Shown: positions 27,599 through 43,054 of the stretch, piece by piece
Layout of the letters: each line of letters starts with the position of its first letter
Numbering within the stretch: position 1 is the stretch's first letter
From: Eledone cirrhosa
Taxonomy: Eukaryota
DNA: 64,000 bases
Direction: 5' to 3'
NCBI GenBank assembly: GCA_964016885.1
Contig: OZ024743.1
Span: 97,092,001 to 97,156,000, forward strand
Translations under genes and position numbers: made by a program
The notes under the pieces: model-generated
What the model was told of the DNA's origin: nothing
Database searches by the model: none
The model's input: only the letters and a program-made list of their open reading frames with translations

Positions 27599-27888
27599 GT
27601 GGAGTCACGTGGCCTAATGGTAAGGGTGTTGGACTTACGATCATAATATCATGGGTTCTATTTCTAGGCTGCGTTGTGTGTTGTGTTCTTGAGCAAAACA
27701 CTTCATTTCATGTTGCTCCAGTATTCTCAGCTGAAAATAAGTACCAGCAATAGCTGGAGGTTTAACCTTGCGATGGACTGGCGTCCTGTCAAGGGCGGAG
27801 TCTCGTACGCTCACTCGCTTCACGCCATGAAACCGGGATAAGCACCGGCCTAATGAACCTCTGGCTTACAGACTTTAGACTTGGACTT
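27599..27888 (+). mobile_element. tRNA-derived SINE family B
   Basis: Colinear with 21435-21710. Confidence 0.85.
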
Positions 27889-29432
27889 ATTGCATATACT
27901 TTCCCTACAGCACGTTCCTTTGAGTTACAGTTCAATGCCTGGCGTAGACTGAGGTAACATTGTTTTCTACCAACTTAAAGCTCCTATACTTCTAATAGCT
28001 GAAACGTCCAGCCTTGTACCCTATAGAGAGTTAATGGACTGAATGAGTGAATAGTAGATATCCAGTCACATACACTGAGTGTCGATGATGCTTTGAACAG
28101 ATTTTTCCGAAGGACTTTTAAGTCGGAGATTAATGAAAAGTTTCAAAGGTTTGGCAGTGAAACTGGAAAGCCCAGCAGAAACCCTGCAGTGTTGCATAGA
28201 AAGAGATATAGAAGAGAAGCAAACAGCTATCCATTCATTTGTTCAGTGTCTGTAGATGGTTAAAAAGGTTTCAAACTAGTTTGAATCGTGTCTTTAAGCA
28301 TACAACTCCATTGGATAATTAATTTATAGTTTTACTATTTTCAGCAAGTACAGAAGATAACTCCAAATATCCTTTACTCTTATGGAGAATCTTTAGTGGT
28401 AACGTAATCTCAAATATTCATCGTTATCATTCAGTTAAATTATAGCAAAATACTTCCGCTATCTCCTCGATATTTGTCTCTGCTTCCCCTCTATATCTAT
28501 TAGCAGTGTCATTGTAAAATATGTATTTCTAATATCGTGAGAAATATTTAGGCGAGTAACATATTGCATGGCTGGATGTTTAGTTCATTTCGTTATCATA
28601 AAGTCTCGGTTTCGACTCCATTGCGTGATATCTCGGGTTAAGCTAAGCCTTGTAAGTGAAATTCGGCATACATAAACTATTTAGAAGCCCGCATGATGGA
28701 CTGCATCTGAAAAAGCTAGCATCGTAATATAGTATCACGCCGAATCTCCCTGAGAATTACATTAAAGGCACACGTATCTGTGGAATGCTCATCCACTTAA
28801 AGGTTAATTACATGAGCAGGCTATTCTGTGGTCATCCTTGAAACCGACGGAGGTCCATCCCATCCTCCCACCTTCATATATGACTGAAGCCAGTAAAAGA
28901 ATAAAAATAAATATAGTGTCCTTTAATTAATTCCACCAGGTGTGATAAATCCAGTTATCGCTGCAGCTTTCTGCTAGAACTGGAACGTTTATCGTCGAAA
29001 CCGACAGCAGCCCGTTCCAACATAATAGGGTTTATTTTATTGACTTGAAAAATAAAAGAGATACGCCTAAAATTAGATTTGATCCACAATATCAAAAGCA
29101 ATTTAACGAAATGTCATGAAGTATTTCAGTCTAGAAACTGCCATTCTGTGGGCAAAGTATTGATTTTTATTTCACATTGATACAATTTAGGAAATGGTAT
29201 GGATTCGGGTGACAGTACCCGAAATGAATGCCTATGGAGGGTTACGGAAACTTCTTGACTTCAAAATCCTAGATTAGTTTTCGGGCCGTGTTAAGAAGGG
29301 ACGAGGAATGGAGCGTGAGGCTAGCAACCTTACATCCATTAATTAAAATTGCTATAGAAATGACGAACAGATTACAAACATTAACGGGGATATATCGTTA
29401 CTCAATGGTTAAGAGAGAGAGCGAGAGAGAGA

Positions 29433-29503
29433 GAAGAAGAAGAAGAAGAAGAAGAAGAAGAAGAAGAAGAAGAAGAAGAAGAAGAAGAAGAAGAAGAAGA
29501 AGA
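29433..29503. repeat. (GAA)n microsatellite
   Basis: Direct reading. Confidence 0.95.
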
Positions 29504-29596
29504 AGGAAAGAATAGTCAATAATATCAACCTCATAACTTAATTTGTACTTTATATTTTCAATACCTGCAAGGATGAAAGGCAAGATTAACCTCTGC

Positions 29597-30243
29597 AGAA
29601 TTTGAGCCTAGAGCACGAAAGCTGTAATTAAATATCACACGCTAGTTATGCCTTGACGATGACACGGTGGCAAATTGGCAGAGCCAATAGAATCTCCAAT
29701 ACAACAGAATCTTTGCAGTAACTATTCAATTCTCTAAGCTCTGCGTTCAAATCCTGCCGAAGTCAACTTTGATTGTCATTCTTTCAAGGTCGATAAATAA
29801 AGTATAAATCTAGAATTTGAGCCTACAGCACGAAAGCTGTAATTAAATATCACACGCTAGTTATGCCTTGACGATGACACGGTGGCAAATTGGCAGAGCC
29901 AATAGAATCTCCAATACGACAGAATCTTTGCAGTAACTATTCAATTCTCTAAGCTCTGCGTTCAAATCCTGCCGAAGTCAACTTTGATTGTCATTCTTTC
30001 AAGGTCGATAAATAAAGTATAAATCTAGAATTTGAGCCTACAGCACGAAAGCTGTAATTAAATATCACACGCTAGTTATGCCTTGACGATGACACGGTGG
30101 CAAATTGGCAGAGCCAATAGAATCTCCAATACGACAGAATCTTTGCAGTAACTATTCAATTCTCTAAGCTCTGCGTTCAAATCCTGCCGAAGTCAACTTT
30201 GATTGTCATTCTTTCAAGGTCGATAAATAAAGTATAAATCTAG
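29597..30243. repeat. Three near-identical 215-bp tandem units built from SINE A pieces
   Basis: agaatttgagcc at 29597, 29812 and 30027. Confidence 0.95.
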
Positions 30244-30799
30244 TACTGGGGTAGATTCTTCCCCTTTATCGATTTCTATTTTTCTGGAAGAAATCGGCTG
30301 TGTTTAAGCCTCGAGAGGGATGGGATCCACCTGGGGATGTAATGCCCCAAGCACGCACCATATGTTAAGATATGTCCCTACGACTCCACAAGGAGTTAAG
30401 ATCTTATTCTTTCTTTTTCTCTTAACGCCTCAACCAATCCCTTCTATTCTTGTTTTAAATGTTATTGTTGTAATAACATGATGTCATTTGATATCATTTG
30501 ATATCATTTGATATCATTTGATCTGGCGATAACAATGTTATGGGAGGGATGATAGAATATTTATGATGATGAGCGCCATGTTAATGATTGAAATGATAAG
30601 AAAGACGAAATTGGATGTCGATGGTGATGATGATGATGATGATGATGATGATGGTAGTAATGAGGAGGATGAGGATGAAGTTGAAGAAGATGGGGCTTTA
30701 TTATCGATGGTAGGAATGATTGTACAATTTGGCCTTTAATGGTATTAACTAAATTTATAATGATATAATTGAAAGTATCTACTGTGACTACTAAAACCA

Positions 30800-30819
30800 A
30801 CACTACCACTGAAACCACC

Positions 30820-30908
<89 letters not shown>

Positions 30909-30991
30909 CACCACCACCACTACTACTACTACTACTAATACTACCACCACCACCACCACCACTACTACTACTACTACCCCCCACTACTATA

Positions 30992-31050
<59 letters not shown>

Positions 31051-31238
31051 CCCCCCCACTACTATAACTACTACTACTACTATTACTACTACTACCAGCA
31101 GCAGCAGCACCACCACCACCACCACCACCACCACCACCACCACCACCACCACCACCACCACCACCACCACCACTACTACTACTACTACCACCACCACCAC
31201 GACCACCACCACCACCACCACCACCACCACCACCACCA
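30800..31238. repeat. Compound (CAC)n/(TAC)n microsatellite
   Basis: Direct reading. Confidence 0.95.
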
Positions 31239-32677
31239 TTATAATGACGTTATAACATCAGGCCATAATCTCTAGCACACTGGCCGATGTTCGTGTTTTT
31301 GATCAGCCAATGAAGAGATTAAGAATATTAGCTTTAATATTAATAATCACTATTAACCATTTAATACCAAACCATCTGAAACTGTCCACGGGTTTATGAT
31401 ACAAAGCCGTTTCTTTTAACCATTTCGATACCAATCAACTCAAAACGGCCGTTGGATCTATGAAAAAAACCATCCAATTATAGGGTTTTTATTTAAATTA
31501 AAATCTAACATTCTTGTAATTGATAAATTCGAATACAATTTATTTTATCAGAAATGTGGTAATGAAAAGATTAAAGTGTTTAAATTTATCTAAAAACCTT
31601 CCATCACAGTTATATGGAAGACTATGTCAAGTTATGTTCCAAACATCAGCTTATAATGTGAAATTTACTTATTTTACTAAATCATTCGAAACTTGATTAT
31701 TTTGAGATTGATTTGAAAATTATACAATGGAAATATGGTAAATATATAATCACAAAGACAGAACATTTGTAAACAGTAAGTTATATCCACTCCAGTACTG
31801 GACTAGTATTTCATTTATCAAGTCCCCAAAGATGAAAGGCAAAGTTAAACTCGATGCAATGTTAACACAAAACGTAAAAAGCTAGAAATGCAAGAAATTT
31901 TGCTCGATATGTTGATGTTTTTAACAAGCCTCTGCAGGCGAAAACAATATTGTATCATTTTGTTTTCATTGTCGACATCGCTGTTATATCCCACACCTAT
32001 ATAGGTTTAGTTGGCCTCCTAGTAGCTTGTGTCACATAAGGGGTTTTTCGTGGGTTTTATTGATAGGGGCCTCTGTCCTTTCACATTTTTTTCACATATG
32101 TAGATATCCCTAAAATCAAATTGAACATCATTCTGGATTAAAAACTGGAACACTCCCTTTCGAAACCAAAGGCGGTTTATATTATCCCATTGTAATAGTA
32201 TTGAAATATAAACTGCTGGTGCGGTGAGCCGAGTCCGCAATTTTGTTCTGTTTTCTAGTCATCTGGCGCCAATACCTTTCTACAACATTCGGCGTCTTAT
32301 ACGAATATATGAAAAGAAACCAATTTGAGATTTGCTTAGAAATGATATTGATATAAACTTCTCCGGTTTTATTAATATCGAGAATTACATGAAACTTGGA
32401 TTAGCTAGGTATCCTATACGTGGTCACAACCAGTAAGAAATAGCAGTCAAATCACCTTTAAATAACACGCTAGTATCTTGGGAAAAGAAAGGACACATTA
32501 TATATATATATATATATACTTACATAATATATAGAAATAACTCTACAGGACTAGAACCGCTTCATTCGTATGAAATCATAAGGAATGATGATTTCATACG
32601 AATTAAAAAGTTCTAGTCATATATATATATATATATATATATATTTAAAAGAATAGAGGTGTAACACACGAGTTGTG

Positions 32678-32971
32678 ATATATTGGTAAAAGGTAAAGAA
32701 AATGCTGACAAATTGTTCCCAGTGAAAAATAGTTTAATTAGGAATAAGTAAAAATTAGTAATAAGTATTGGTTAGTATTCAGAGCAAACATCACGGGCGC
32801 TCTATCTCAAAATTATTTTTGAAAAGCATTAGAAATGCGCAACCGGTAAAAACTTAAAACCAAAACTGAATACTAACCAATACTTATTACTAATTTTTGC
32901 TTATTCCTAATTAAACTATTTTTCACTGGGAACAATTTGTCAGCATTTTCTTTTCCTTTTACCAATATATA
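32678..32971. repeat. Inverted repeat (about 105-bp arms) enclosing a U3-A8 HHR variant at 32816-32851
   Basis: 32678-32782 versus 32867-32971; the spacer contains UUU UUGAAAA GCAU-UAGAA-AUGC GCAA CCGG UA AAA. Confidence 0.85.
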
Positions 32972-33063
32972 TATATCATCAGGTTCATATTGTGTGGTGA
33001 CAGTCAAGTTTGCAATTTTCAACTGAAGTTGAAAATTGCAAACTTGACTGTCACCACACAATA

Positions 33064-33102
33064 TGAACCTGAAGATTGCGAAAGCATGAAAGTACTTGTT
33101 CA
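33064..33102 (+). ncRNA. Minimal type I hammerhead motif (GUAC loop), at the end of the hairpin 32977-33075
   Basis: UGAAC CUGAAGA UUGC-GAAA-GCAU GAAA GUAC UU/ GUUCA. Confidence 0.75.
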
Positions 33103-33121
33103 ATTAACACTTAACATTTAA

Positions 33122-34031
<910 letters not shown>

Positions 34032-34165
34032 GAAAGGTATAGAAAGTATTGTAGCAAGAAACCATATATATATATATATATATATATAACGAAGGAAATG
34101 TGGAAAGGAACCAGATGGACCATAACGCACCAAAGTACTCAATACTTAGAGTAGTAGAGTGGGTA

Positions 34166-34421
<256 letters not shown>

Positions 34422-34448
34422 TATACACATATATATATATATATATAT

Positions 34449-34765
34449 AAGAAAATGAGAGGTTTTTTAAATGAAAAAAAAAATAGATGTCCTACACGAG
34501 TGAAAGTATAAGGAAAAAAGATGAAATCGAAAATGCAACTGGAGTCTTTTTAAGAATATTTATTTGTTTCCTTTACCGGTTTCACAATTCTTATGCTTTT
34601 CAAAAGTAGAATTGAGATGCAGGGTTTGTGCTTTTTAAAGGCACAAACCCTGCATCTCAATTCTACTTTTGAAAAGCATAAGAATTGTGAAACCGGTAAA
34701 GGAAACAAATAAATATTCTTAAAAAGACTCCAGTTGCATTTTCGATTTCAGCTTTTTTCCTTATA
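34449..34765. mobile_element. U3-A8 HHR element folded into a palindrome (34507-34765); HHRs at 34571-34606 (-) and 34666-34701 (+)
   Basis: CUU UUGAAAA GCA-UAAGAAU-UGU GAAA CCGG UA/ AAG; (TA)n on both sides. Confidence 0.85.
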
Positions 34766-34940
34766 TATATATATATATATATAATTTTTGGGGTAGGTTG
34801 GTATTTAGATACACAGGACCATAACATGGCACATACCGTTTTTTCTTTGGGGAGTGGTCAATTAGCCGGAGAGCTTTTGTAAAATAAAAATAAAAAGAAA
34901 AAGAAAAAGAAAAAGAAAAAGAAAAAGAAAAAGTAAATAA

Positions 34941-34972
<32 letters not shown>

Positions 34973-35022
34973 AAATAAATAAAAACCCCAAGAATAGTAA
35001 TTCAACAGATATATAGTAGGGA

Positions 35023-35061
<39 letters not shown>

Positions 35062-35062
<1 letters not shown>

Positions 35063-35460
35063 CGGCGATGAATTAGTTTTGCGAGGTTTTTTATATGAAA
35101 TCGTGTGTCGAAACAGATATTGTTATATTTGGGGAGGGTCATATTTGCGTAATATTGCCAGAATTAATAACAGAACACACTCACTGTTTGGTTGGTTTTC
35201 GCTTCTCGCTGTCTTTTATATATATATATCTGCAATCTAACTTACTCGGTCCTCAATGTTGCCATTGACTGACCGGCGGTATCTGTATTATTTTTGACCG
35301 CCGGTCAGTCAATGGCAACATTGAGGACCGAGTAAGTTAGATCGCAGATATATATATATAAAAGACAGCGAGAAGCGAAAACCAACCAAACAGTGAGTGT
35401 GTTCTGTTATTAATTCTGGCAATATTACGCAAATATGACCCTCCCCAAATATAACAATAT
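35062..35460. mobile_element. Fold-back copy of the 33252 family (arms 35117-35280 / 35297-35460), truncated before the HHR
   Basis: Near identity to 33252-33470; (TA)n on both sides. Confidence 0.9.
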
Positions 35461-35855
35461 ATATATATATATATATATATACATGTGACCGCAGTCTAAC
35501 GATTGTAACTAGTAAAATAATAAAGGAATATATCTAGGGCCCTTTAATTAATTCCGCCTAGAATGATAATCCAATTATCACTGTAGCTTTGTCTAAGGGT
35601 AAAAATAAAACACACCGAGAGAGGGAGACGTAGATAGAGAGATTGGGAGAGAGAGAGAGAGCAATAGGAAAAGAGAGATAGGGAGAGAGAGAGATAGAGA
35701 TAGAGAGATAGAGAGATAGATAGATAGAGATAGAGAGAGAGAGAGAGAGAGCGATAGGAAAAGGGAGAGAGATAGGGGGAGAGAGAGAGAGAGATAGAGA
35801 TAGAGAGATAGATAGATAGAGAGAGAGAGAGAGAAATAGGGAGAGAGAGAGAGAT

Positions 35856-35887
<32 letters not shown>

Positions 35888-36539
35888 GGACAGAGAGAGA
35901 AAGAGAGTACTGGCGACAACTTGCTTCTATTGCTGTTTGGATAGAGTTGACAGAAGCTTTTAATACAAGTAATTCTGCCGTTAACAGGTATTGTTTCTAG
36001 TAGCCACTGAAGGTGTGATAGTAACATATACTATCAGTCGAAATATCAACGACCTGCAATTGGTCCTCTTAATTGTTTTTATGTCATTTTCTTAGTCCAC
36101 TGTATTTATCAGAAATAAAGAAGTAGCAAAATGTAGTCATTTTATGAACGAATAACAATAAAATTCAACAAGACCCATTTCAATATTTATAACAGAAATA
36201 ATGAGAAAATAACTCTATGACGCGTCCAAACTTGTTATCAAGATTTTATACAGGTTTTCCTGCTGACCAAGGTGGTTAGAATAGTGGAGATTAATAGTTA
36301 AGAGTAACTGGAGACAGATACAGAAATCCAGTTTATTAAACTTGATATTAACAATACGACGGTAAACCTTTTCAGATCTAATGATGTCTGTCTGTCTGTC
36401 AGTTTGTCTATCTGTCTCTTTGTCTGCCGGTCTCTGTTTACCACTAACCTTCTATCGTAATATTCCCGTTTACTTCCGTCTCTTATCTTTTTCTGCCCCA
36501 CTCTCTCTCTCTGTATATGTGTGTGCGTGGGAGAGAACT

Positions 36540-36592
<53 letters not shown>

Positions 36593-36690
36593 AACATGAG
36601 AAGAAAGAGGAATACTGCGTAGTTGTACATGGGTTACATATTATAAAATTAGTCCCTCGTCAGTGATTTGCCAACCATCATTGGTATTTC

Positions 36691-36763
<73 letters not shown>

Positions 36764-37399
36764 GTACATACATTTAATAATAAAGGTTTAGATCGATATC
36801 CAGTGATTTCCATCTTGTTTAAAACTTGCTTAACAAATTCATTTCGAGCACACGCATAGGAATAATTGTAATATAATATTCCCAGTCAGAAGCCTATGCT
36901 ATAAAGTAGCGGACTGGCTGGGGTTGGTGGTAATGCTTAATATAGCAGCATGACTTCTCCAATATGGAGCACTCGGCCATATTCAAAGAAAAGATTTGGG
37001 AGTTAATTATTGAACTGACTTGAGTATATTTTGTCATTAAAACCAATAGGTGAAAACAAGCCATTCTTCGGTCTTAGACCCTCCAGCAAAGCGTATACTA
37101 TTCCAACGTAAACGGAATTACAGTTTGTTGTCCTATACTGGTCTTCAGCAAAAATGTACCGATCCTTAGAATATATTGAAATTTAGTTTGTAATATAAAG
37201 TTTAATATTTTTGGAGCTATACTCCCATTGATATTAGATGTCATATTTGGTTTGAAAGATAGATTACATGAAATCTATTGGTTATCACGAGCAACCTAAT
37301 TATATGCCGTGTCATGTCTTAAACAAATTACATTTAAATTTACAAGTCACAAGCAGAGATATTTTAAAATTTCATTTGAAAGTGTAAGCAACATTGAAA

Positions 37400-37510
37400 A
37401 AAACTGACGAGGTGGAAGCACCGGAAATTTCAAGTCCTGTGGTGCATTATCTAATTTGAGCAATTCCGCGTGTGTCTGCACCAGTAGAAGAAAATCTTTT
37501 CGGAATTAAT
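37400..37510 (+). pseudogene. Possible relic of a hAT transposase dimerisation domain
   Basis: AIPRVSAPVE.. resembles the 'IPxxSAxxERxFS' motif; very short and decayed. Confidence 0.25.
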
Positions 37511-37897
37511 AAAAGAATTTCAATGAATATTCCCCTCTGTCCTTGTCAAGAAAATACAGGTTAAAGTTCCATTCAATGTAAAAACAGACAAGATGAAATG
37601 TTACACTTTCTAGAACTAGAAAGGGATGATTCTTTAATTAAACATTCGTAGAACACTAGTGGACCCGTCACATAATCATGGAAATAGCGTTGAGCATATA
37701 ACTTATTTTTTGGTGCTATTAGCATGCTATATATATATATATATATATAGATTTTGAGTTTATGTTGGTTGTATACCAACACCTCAGTATGCAGGCTGGA
37801 GCACTCGACGAAGTGCGCAGGTTGGTTTGGTTATTCCGGAGTAGTGTAAAATAAAGTTAAATAAAAGTCAAATGATTAAAATTTAGCTTCGTTTATT

Positions 37898-37952
37898 ACT
37901 GCTATATATATTTCAGTGACAGCCATCTTTGGCTGTGACCTCTTCAGGCAGT
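37898..37952 (-). ncRNA. Type I hammerhead motif (ACUGC family)
   Basis: ACUGC CUGAAGA GGUCACAGCC-AAAGAU-GGCUGUCACU GAAA UAUAUA UA/ GCAGU. Confidence 0.8.
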
Positions 37953-38294
37953 TTGAATTAGTATGGTATAGACAAGTACATATGTTGTTTAGGTGTATGA
38001 TATTGTCAATACTCTGATGTGCCCAGTTCCTTGCTGGGTTGTTAATTCACTGGGGAACTGGAGTCATATGAATTCAAACAAACGAATTTTCGTGTCACAG
38101 GTCCCCTTCTCCTCTCATTGGTCAGTTATTAGTGTTGTCATTGTTGGAGTTAGCTTAAAAATTGATAAAATGGTAGAAGGGACAAGGTGTTGAAGGAACA
38201 AAATATCAAAAAATGTGTCAAACTTCCCATTGTTCAGTTATATCAAACTTCCCATTGTTCAGTTATATCAAAAAATGTGTCAAACTTCCCATTG

Positions 38295-38343
<49 letters not shown>

Positions 38344-38786
38344 TAATAATAATACATTTGAAGACTAAAATCCAAAGAGGGCTCGATAAGGATAAATATA
38401 TATCAAATATATAAGAACCGTATATATATATATATATACCAGGATTACTAGAAATCTGAACAATCATATAAATTGGCAAATTTCGTTTTGATAAATTAAT
38501 GGCTAGCATAAGAGAAATCCTGTATCTTTTGTTGGTTATTAACACGTGGAAATGATTAAAGATAAGACTGATATTGTAATAATTTATTTCTTGGATATAA
38601 TAACATAAATGATCAGTATTTATGTAAAGATGACTTTTAAGGATAACATTTATGAATAACTTTGGAAAAATAACTATTTACAGGAACGAATGTAGAGTAA
38701 GAACACAAGACTTTCTGATGGGAAAGCGAAACATTTTTACAGTAACAGGACTAATATAAGAAATCCATTGTATGTATGTGTGTACA

Positions 38787-38911
38787 TTTTAAAGAGTTAC
38801 TGGTATATATATATGTATATATATGTAGGAGGTGAGTTTTATTGTAGCACAATAAAGCAATGCAAATATTGGATAAGTAGCACTCAACAGTTTATTGGAC
38901 TGGAGTATAAA

Positions 38912-38976
<65 letters not shown>

Positions 38977-39377
38977 ATACTTTGGGAGGGTCATGTTGCC
39001 AATAAGAAACACACGCACCAGAAACTTTCACTTCAATTTATTATAATAAATTTATAAATTTAGGAATTTATAAATTTCCGGTTGGTTGATTGGTTCCACA
39101 ACTAGATGATTGTTTATATATTGTCAAAGTTCTTTCGTCACACATTCTGTGACTTCTTCAGTGACTGGGGATTCTTTTCTTTGTTTTTGTGCCTCTCCTT
39201 TGTTCTGTCCTACGCCATCTTGCTTTTGTGTGTGTCAAAAACACGCACATATTTATACTCCAGTCCAATAAACTGTTGAGTGCTACTTATCCGATATTTG
39301 CATTGCTTTATTGTGCTACAATAAAACTCACCTCCTACATATATATACATATATATATACCAGTAACTCTTTAAAAT
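38787..39377. repeat. Inverted repeat (about 130-bp arms, 38787-38917 / 39248-39377) around (TA)n and an HHR-bearing segment
   Basis: Direct reverse-complement match. Confidence 0.9.
39123..39165 (-). ncRNA. Minimal type I hammerhead motif
   Basis: GUCA CUGAAGA A GUCACA-GAAUG-UGUGAC GAAA GAAC UU/ UGAC. Confidence 0.75.
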
Positions 39378-39385
39378 ATATATAC

Positions 39386-39439
<54 letters not shown>

Positions 39440-39475
39440 CTGACTGTCCAAGTAATATCCATTACTTGGACAGTC

Positions 39476-39526
39476 AGCTTCCTCATGATTTCTCACGAAT
39501 GAAACAGTTCTAGTCCTGTAGAAGCT
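39476..39526 (+). ncRNA. GUA-family hammerhead copy with a core mutation (CUCAUGA), preceded by the hairpin 39438-39479
   Basis: AGCUUC CUCAUGA UUUC-UCAC-GAAU GAAA CAG-UUCUAGUC-CUG UA/ GAAGCU. Confidence 0.65.
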
Positions 39527-40639
39527 TTTTTACATTAAATATTTATACTCTGCTTTTTATTGAGTACCTTCCTTACTGTGGTTACACTCGATTGAACCCA
39601 GGATAAACTTATATATATATATATATCAATAAATATACAAACACGCATGGCTTATGGTTGATTGCATTCATACATACAATTATACTTATGTATGCATGTA
39701 CGTATGGATGTACGGATATATGTATGTACTCTCTTTCTCTTAATTTTGAGTTTACTTTTGGCCGGCCACCTTCCCGATGGAAAGGTTGTAAAGGAAATTG
39801 TTGTCGTCTCTTGTGTATGCGATCATCCTTTAAATCATAAGAATGTTTTCCAAAGTTGAAGGCTCCAGTTATCGCGACCATTTGTAAATTATGTATTAAG
39901 TAGTGACTTTCGTATCAACAAGTCCAATTTCAGTTATAATTTGGCCCAATAATGACGTGCATGAAGCTGAGCGTGTATCTTGGATATTGGATCTGAAACT
40001 CCTTATTAAGGGACTATAGATATCCTCTTTATTCTTGCATATTTCTTACCACATTGAGACCAAGTGAGCAGCTTACTTCTATAATAGAGCATGTTTTTTA
40101 ATGTGTAGCCCAAACGACAATAAGAAGCCGGTACAATCTGCCAGTGTTCCGGGGAGAGAGATTTGTATCAGGTTCTATTGTAATAATGGCTATACTAATA
40201 ATTCTTTCTTGGCACAAGGTCAGCAATTATCTCAGTGTATTACTGGTACTTTATTTTATCGACCCCGTAAGGATGAAAGCAAAGTTAACCTCGACGGTAT
40301 TTGAACTCAGACCATAAAGGGCCGTAACTCATTGCTGCAAAGCATGGCGTCCAACCCTATCCTAATAATATTATCCTAATAATATCAATATTTTAATGCT
40401 TATAAACCCGGCAAAATGGCTGCTGACTTTTTTCTTCTGTTGAAGATGTTGCTTCAATGTTAATATACGGGCCTTGTATGATGTTCATATGGATTTTAGG
40501 CTCTGGTCACACTCATTGCGTGAGCGATATACTCTATCTACATCTCCAATGATGTTAACATTACAGTGACACTCAGCAGCTTGCGAATTTTTATATACAT
40601 CTCATGTATGTATGTATGTATGCGCGGGGACATAGAAAT

Positions 40640-40970
40640 AGTCGGGCTGGACACCCGATGGTGCAGTTAAACCACTGGGAGTGAAGGACCCCTAATCTTT
40701 GTCAGGACATTCTTCTAGGACAAGGCAACTCAGGAAACTGGGATAACTCCGACATAAAACCTGCAGCTCAGTAGTTACCGATGATGTTGATCTTCTCTTC
40801 TTTTCAGGTTATAGCTACTGTCGCTCAGAGAGTGGGATATGCTCAGTGCACAGTCTTTCCTCACTTTAAAAACAATCTTCATGCACAGGCGTTGCACGAT
40901 AGAATTAATTAATAATTATTAATAATGGTATATCGTGCAATGGCCATATCGATAACGAGGCAGCCACCAT
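40640..40970 (+). mobile_element. SINE-like element with an RTE-type 3' tail, embedded in (TATG)n
   Basis: Colinear with 58886-59205; tail tcgtgcaatggccata..cgataacgagg..gcc. Confidence 0.8.
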
Positions 40971-41007
40971 GTATGTATGTATGTATGTATGTATGTATGT
41001 ATGTATG

Positions 41008-41038
<31 letters not shown>

Positions 41039-41589
41039 GCATGCATATATGTATGTATATGTACACGCAATACATGTATTCGTCTATGTAAGTAGTTTTA
41101 CACGCGCCTGTGCAAAAAATATCTAATGTATGGTCAAGTACATTACATTGTTGCAATCAGTGAATTTTTCTATTTCATTTTTTTTTAATTTTCAATTGAG
41201 TAATTGGATGCTTAATCGATATCTTGAATCGATAAATGAGTAAACGAGAGATTTAGCAGACTTGGATAGAATCTGTTAATGGCTTTCTAGGTTTTCACAA
41301 CTTGACAGAAGACGTGGTGAATGCTTAATTGTAAGGTATTGTTGATACTGTTGATTAGCTCCAGAGCAACACTGATCGATCAGATGGATGATTAAAGAAG
41401 TTATAGCGCTAAACATCCTGTCTTTTCTTCTTTTTTTTCCAGACGTATCTAGGATTACATTATGCAGTGTCTTTATAAAAACGATGGAGGTGAAATATCC
41501 TTTGAAGTGGAGCAACTGGTTTCGTAAAAGCTCTCTATACGGTGAAACAAATTTTTAAATAGTTCACCAAAGCAATACTAATTGATAAT

Positions 41590-41774
41590 TGTTTCTACTT
41601 TAGGCACAAGGCCAGCAATTATCCAGTTCATTACTGGTACTTTATTTTATCGACCCCGTAAGGATGAAAGGCAAAGTTAACCTCGGCGGGATTTGAACTC
41701 AGATCGTAAAGGGACGTAACTATGCTGGAAAGCATGGCGTCCGACCCTCTACCGATACTGCCAATCCACCACCT
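41590..41774 (-). mobile_element. tRNA-derived SINE family A with a 17-bp TSD
   Basis: A box tggcagtatcgg, B box gagttcaaatcc; caatactaattgataat at 41573-41589 and 41775-41791. Further copies at about 24255, 25783, 40200, 48335, 49443, 50030, 51026, 51243, 51818, 52786, 55437, 57977, 58236. Confidence 0.9.
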
Positions 41775-42491
41775 CAATACTAATTGATAATACTAATTGA
41801 TAATACTATCTTTTTCCAAGCATAATATATCCATATCTACATTATCCTGATTTGTCCAGTGATTTGCTAAGTATAACTTTTTTCAGATGGCCTGAATGCG
41901 TCCTTTGAGTTAGAACTGCTTGCCATTTCTTGCAGAACAAGCAACGCGTACGAGGTTCCCTCCTTAGCTAGTAATAGTAATAGTAATAGCAATAGATGTA
42001 GAAGTCGTAGTAGTAGTAGGTCTTCTTTGATCTCATTGATCTTGACAACTTGTTATCGTGACCTTCCAGTGCATCAACCCTCTACACTTTCGTATGTTCC
42101 CCAAAACATCCGTTCCCTTTTCTAACATCAGTAAATTCTGACTCAACCTAGACCCTACACATCTCCTAACACACGAACTACACCCCCAAACAGAAGCTGA
42201 TTGGCCTTACAGACATTTGAACAAAATTTGCTGGGCTGAGAAAACAAAAAAAGAACAAAGCACGTGATCTATCCTCTTAAGTGCAGGGCCAGATTTAGAC
42301 CTTGGGGGAGAGGGGCTCAAACACAAAAAATTAGTGTACACAGCAAACCTCCTAATTTTACATATCAAAGTCGGCTTGGATCAAGTAACGGAAATTGAAA
42401 ATTATACATACAAGTAGTAAATATAAAAAAAGTTTAACCATCCTAATTTTACGTCCACTTTCCACATTGACATGATATATATATATATATA

Positions 42492-42684
42492 TGCGAGAAA
42501 AACCACAAACCCTCCATCTCAATTCTACTTTTAAAAAGCATAAGAACTGTGAAACCGGTAAAGGAAACAAATAAATATTCTTAAAAAGATTCCAGTTGCA
42601 TTTTCTATATCTTTTTTCCTTATACTTTCACTCGTTTAGGACATCTCGTTTTTTTTTCATTAAAAAAACAACCTCATTTTCTTA
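42492..42684 (+). mobile_element. Element of about 195 bp from the U3-A8 HHR family (core mutated to UUAAAAA)
   Basis: Between two (TA)n tracts; HHR at 42528-42563. Confidence 0.8.
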
Positions 42685-43000
42685 TATATATATATATATA
42701 AAAATAACAGATTAAAGTTTAAGCAAAGAATCGCTGCTTTCACCCTTATTTGCTCTACGATTCTTATATATTTATCCTTATTATTATTACTATATATATA
42801 TTTATGTATATATATATTTATGTATATATCTGTATATATATGTATGTATATATATATATATATATATATATACAGATATATACATAAATATATATATACA
42901 TAAATATATATATAGTAATAATAATAAGGTTAAATATATAAGAACCGTAGAGCAAATAAGGGTGAAAGCAGCGATTCTTTGCTTAAACTTTAATCTGTTA

Positions 43001-43054
<54 letters not shown>

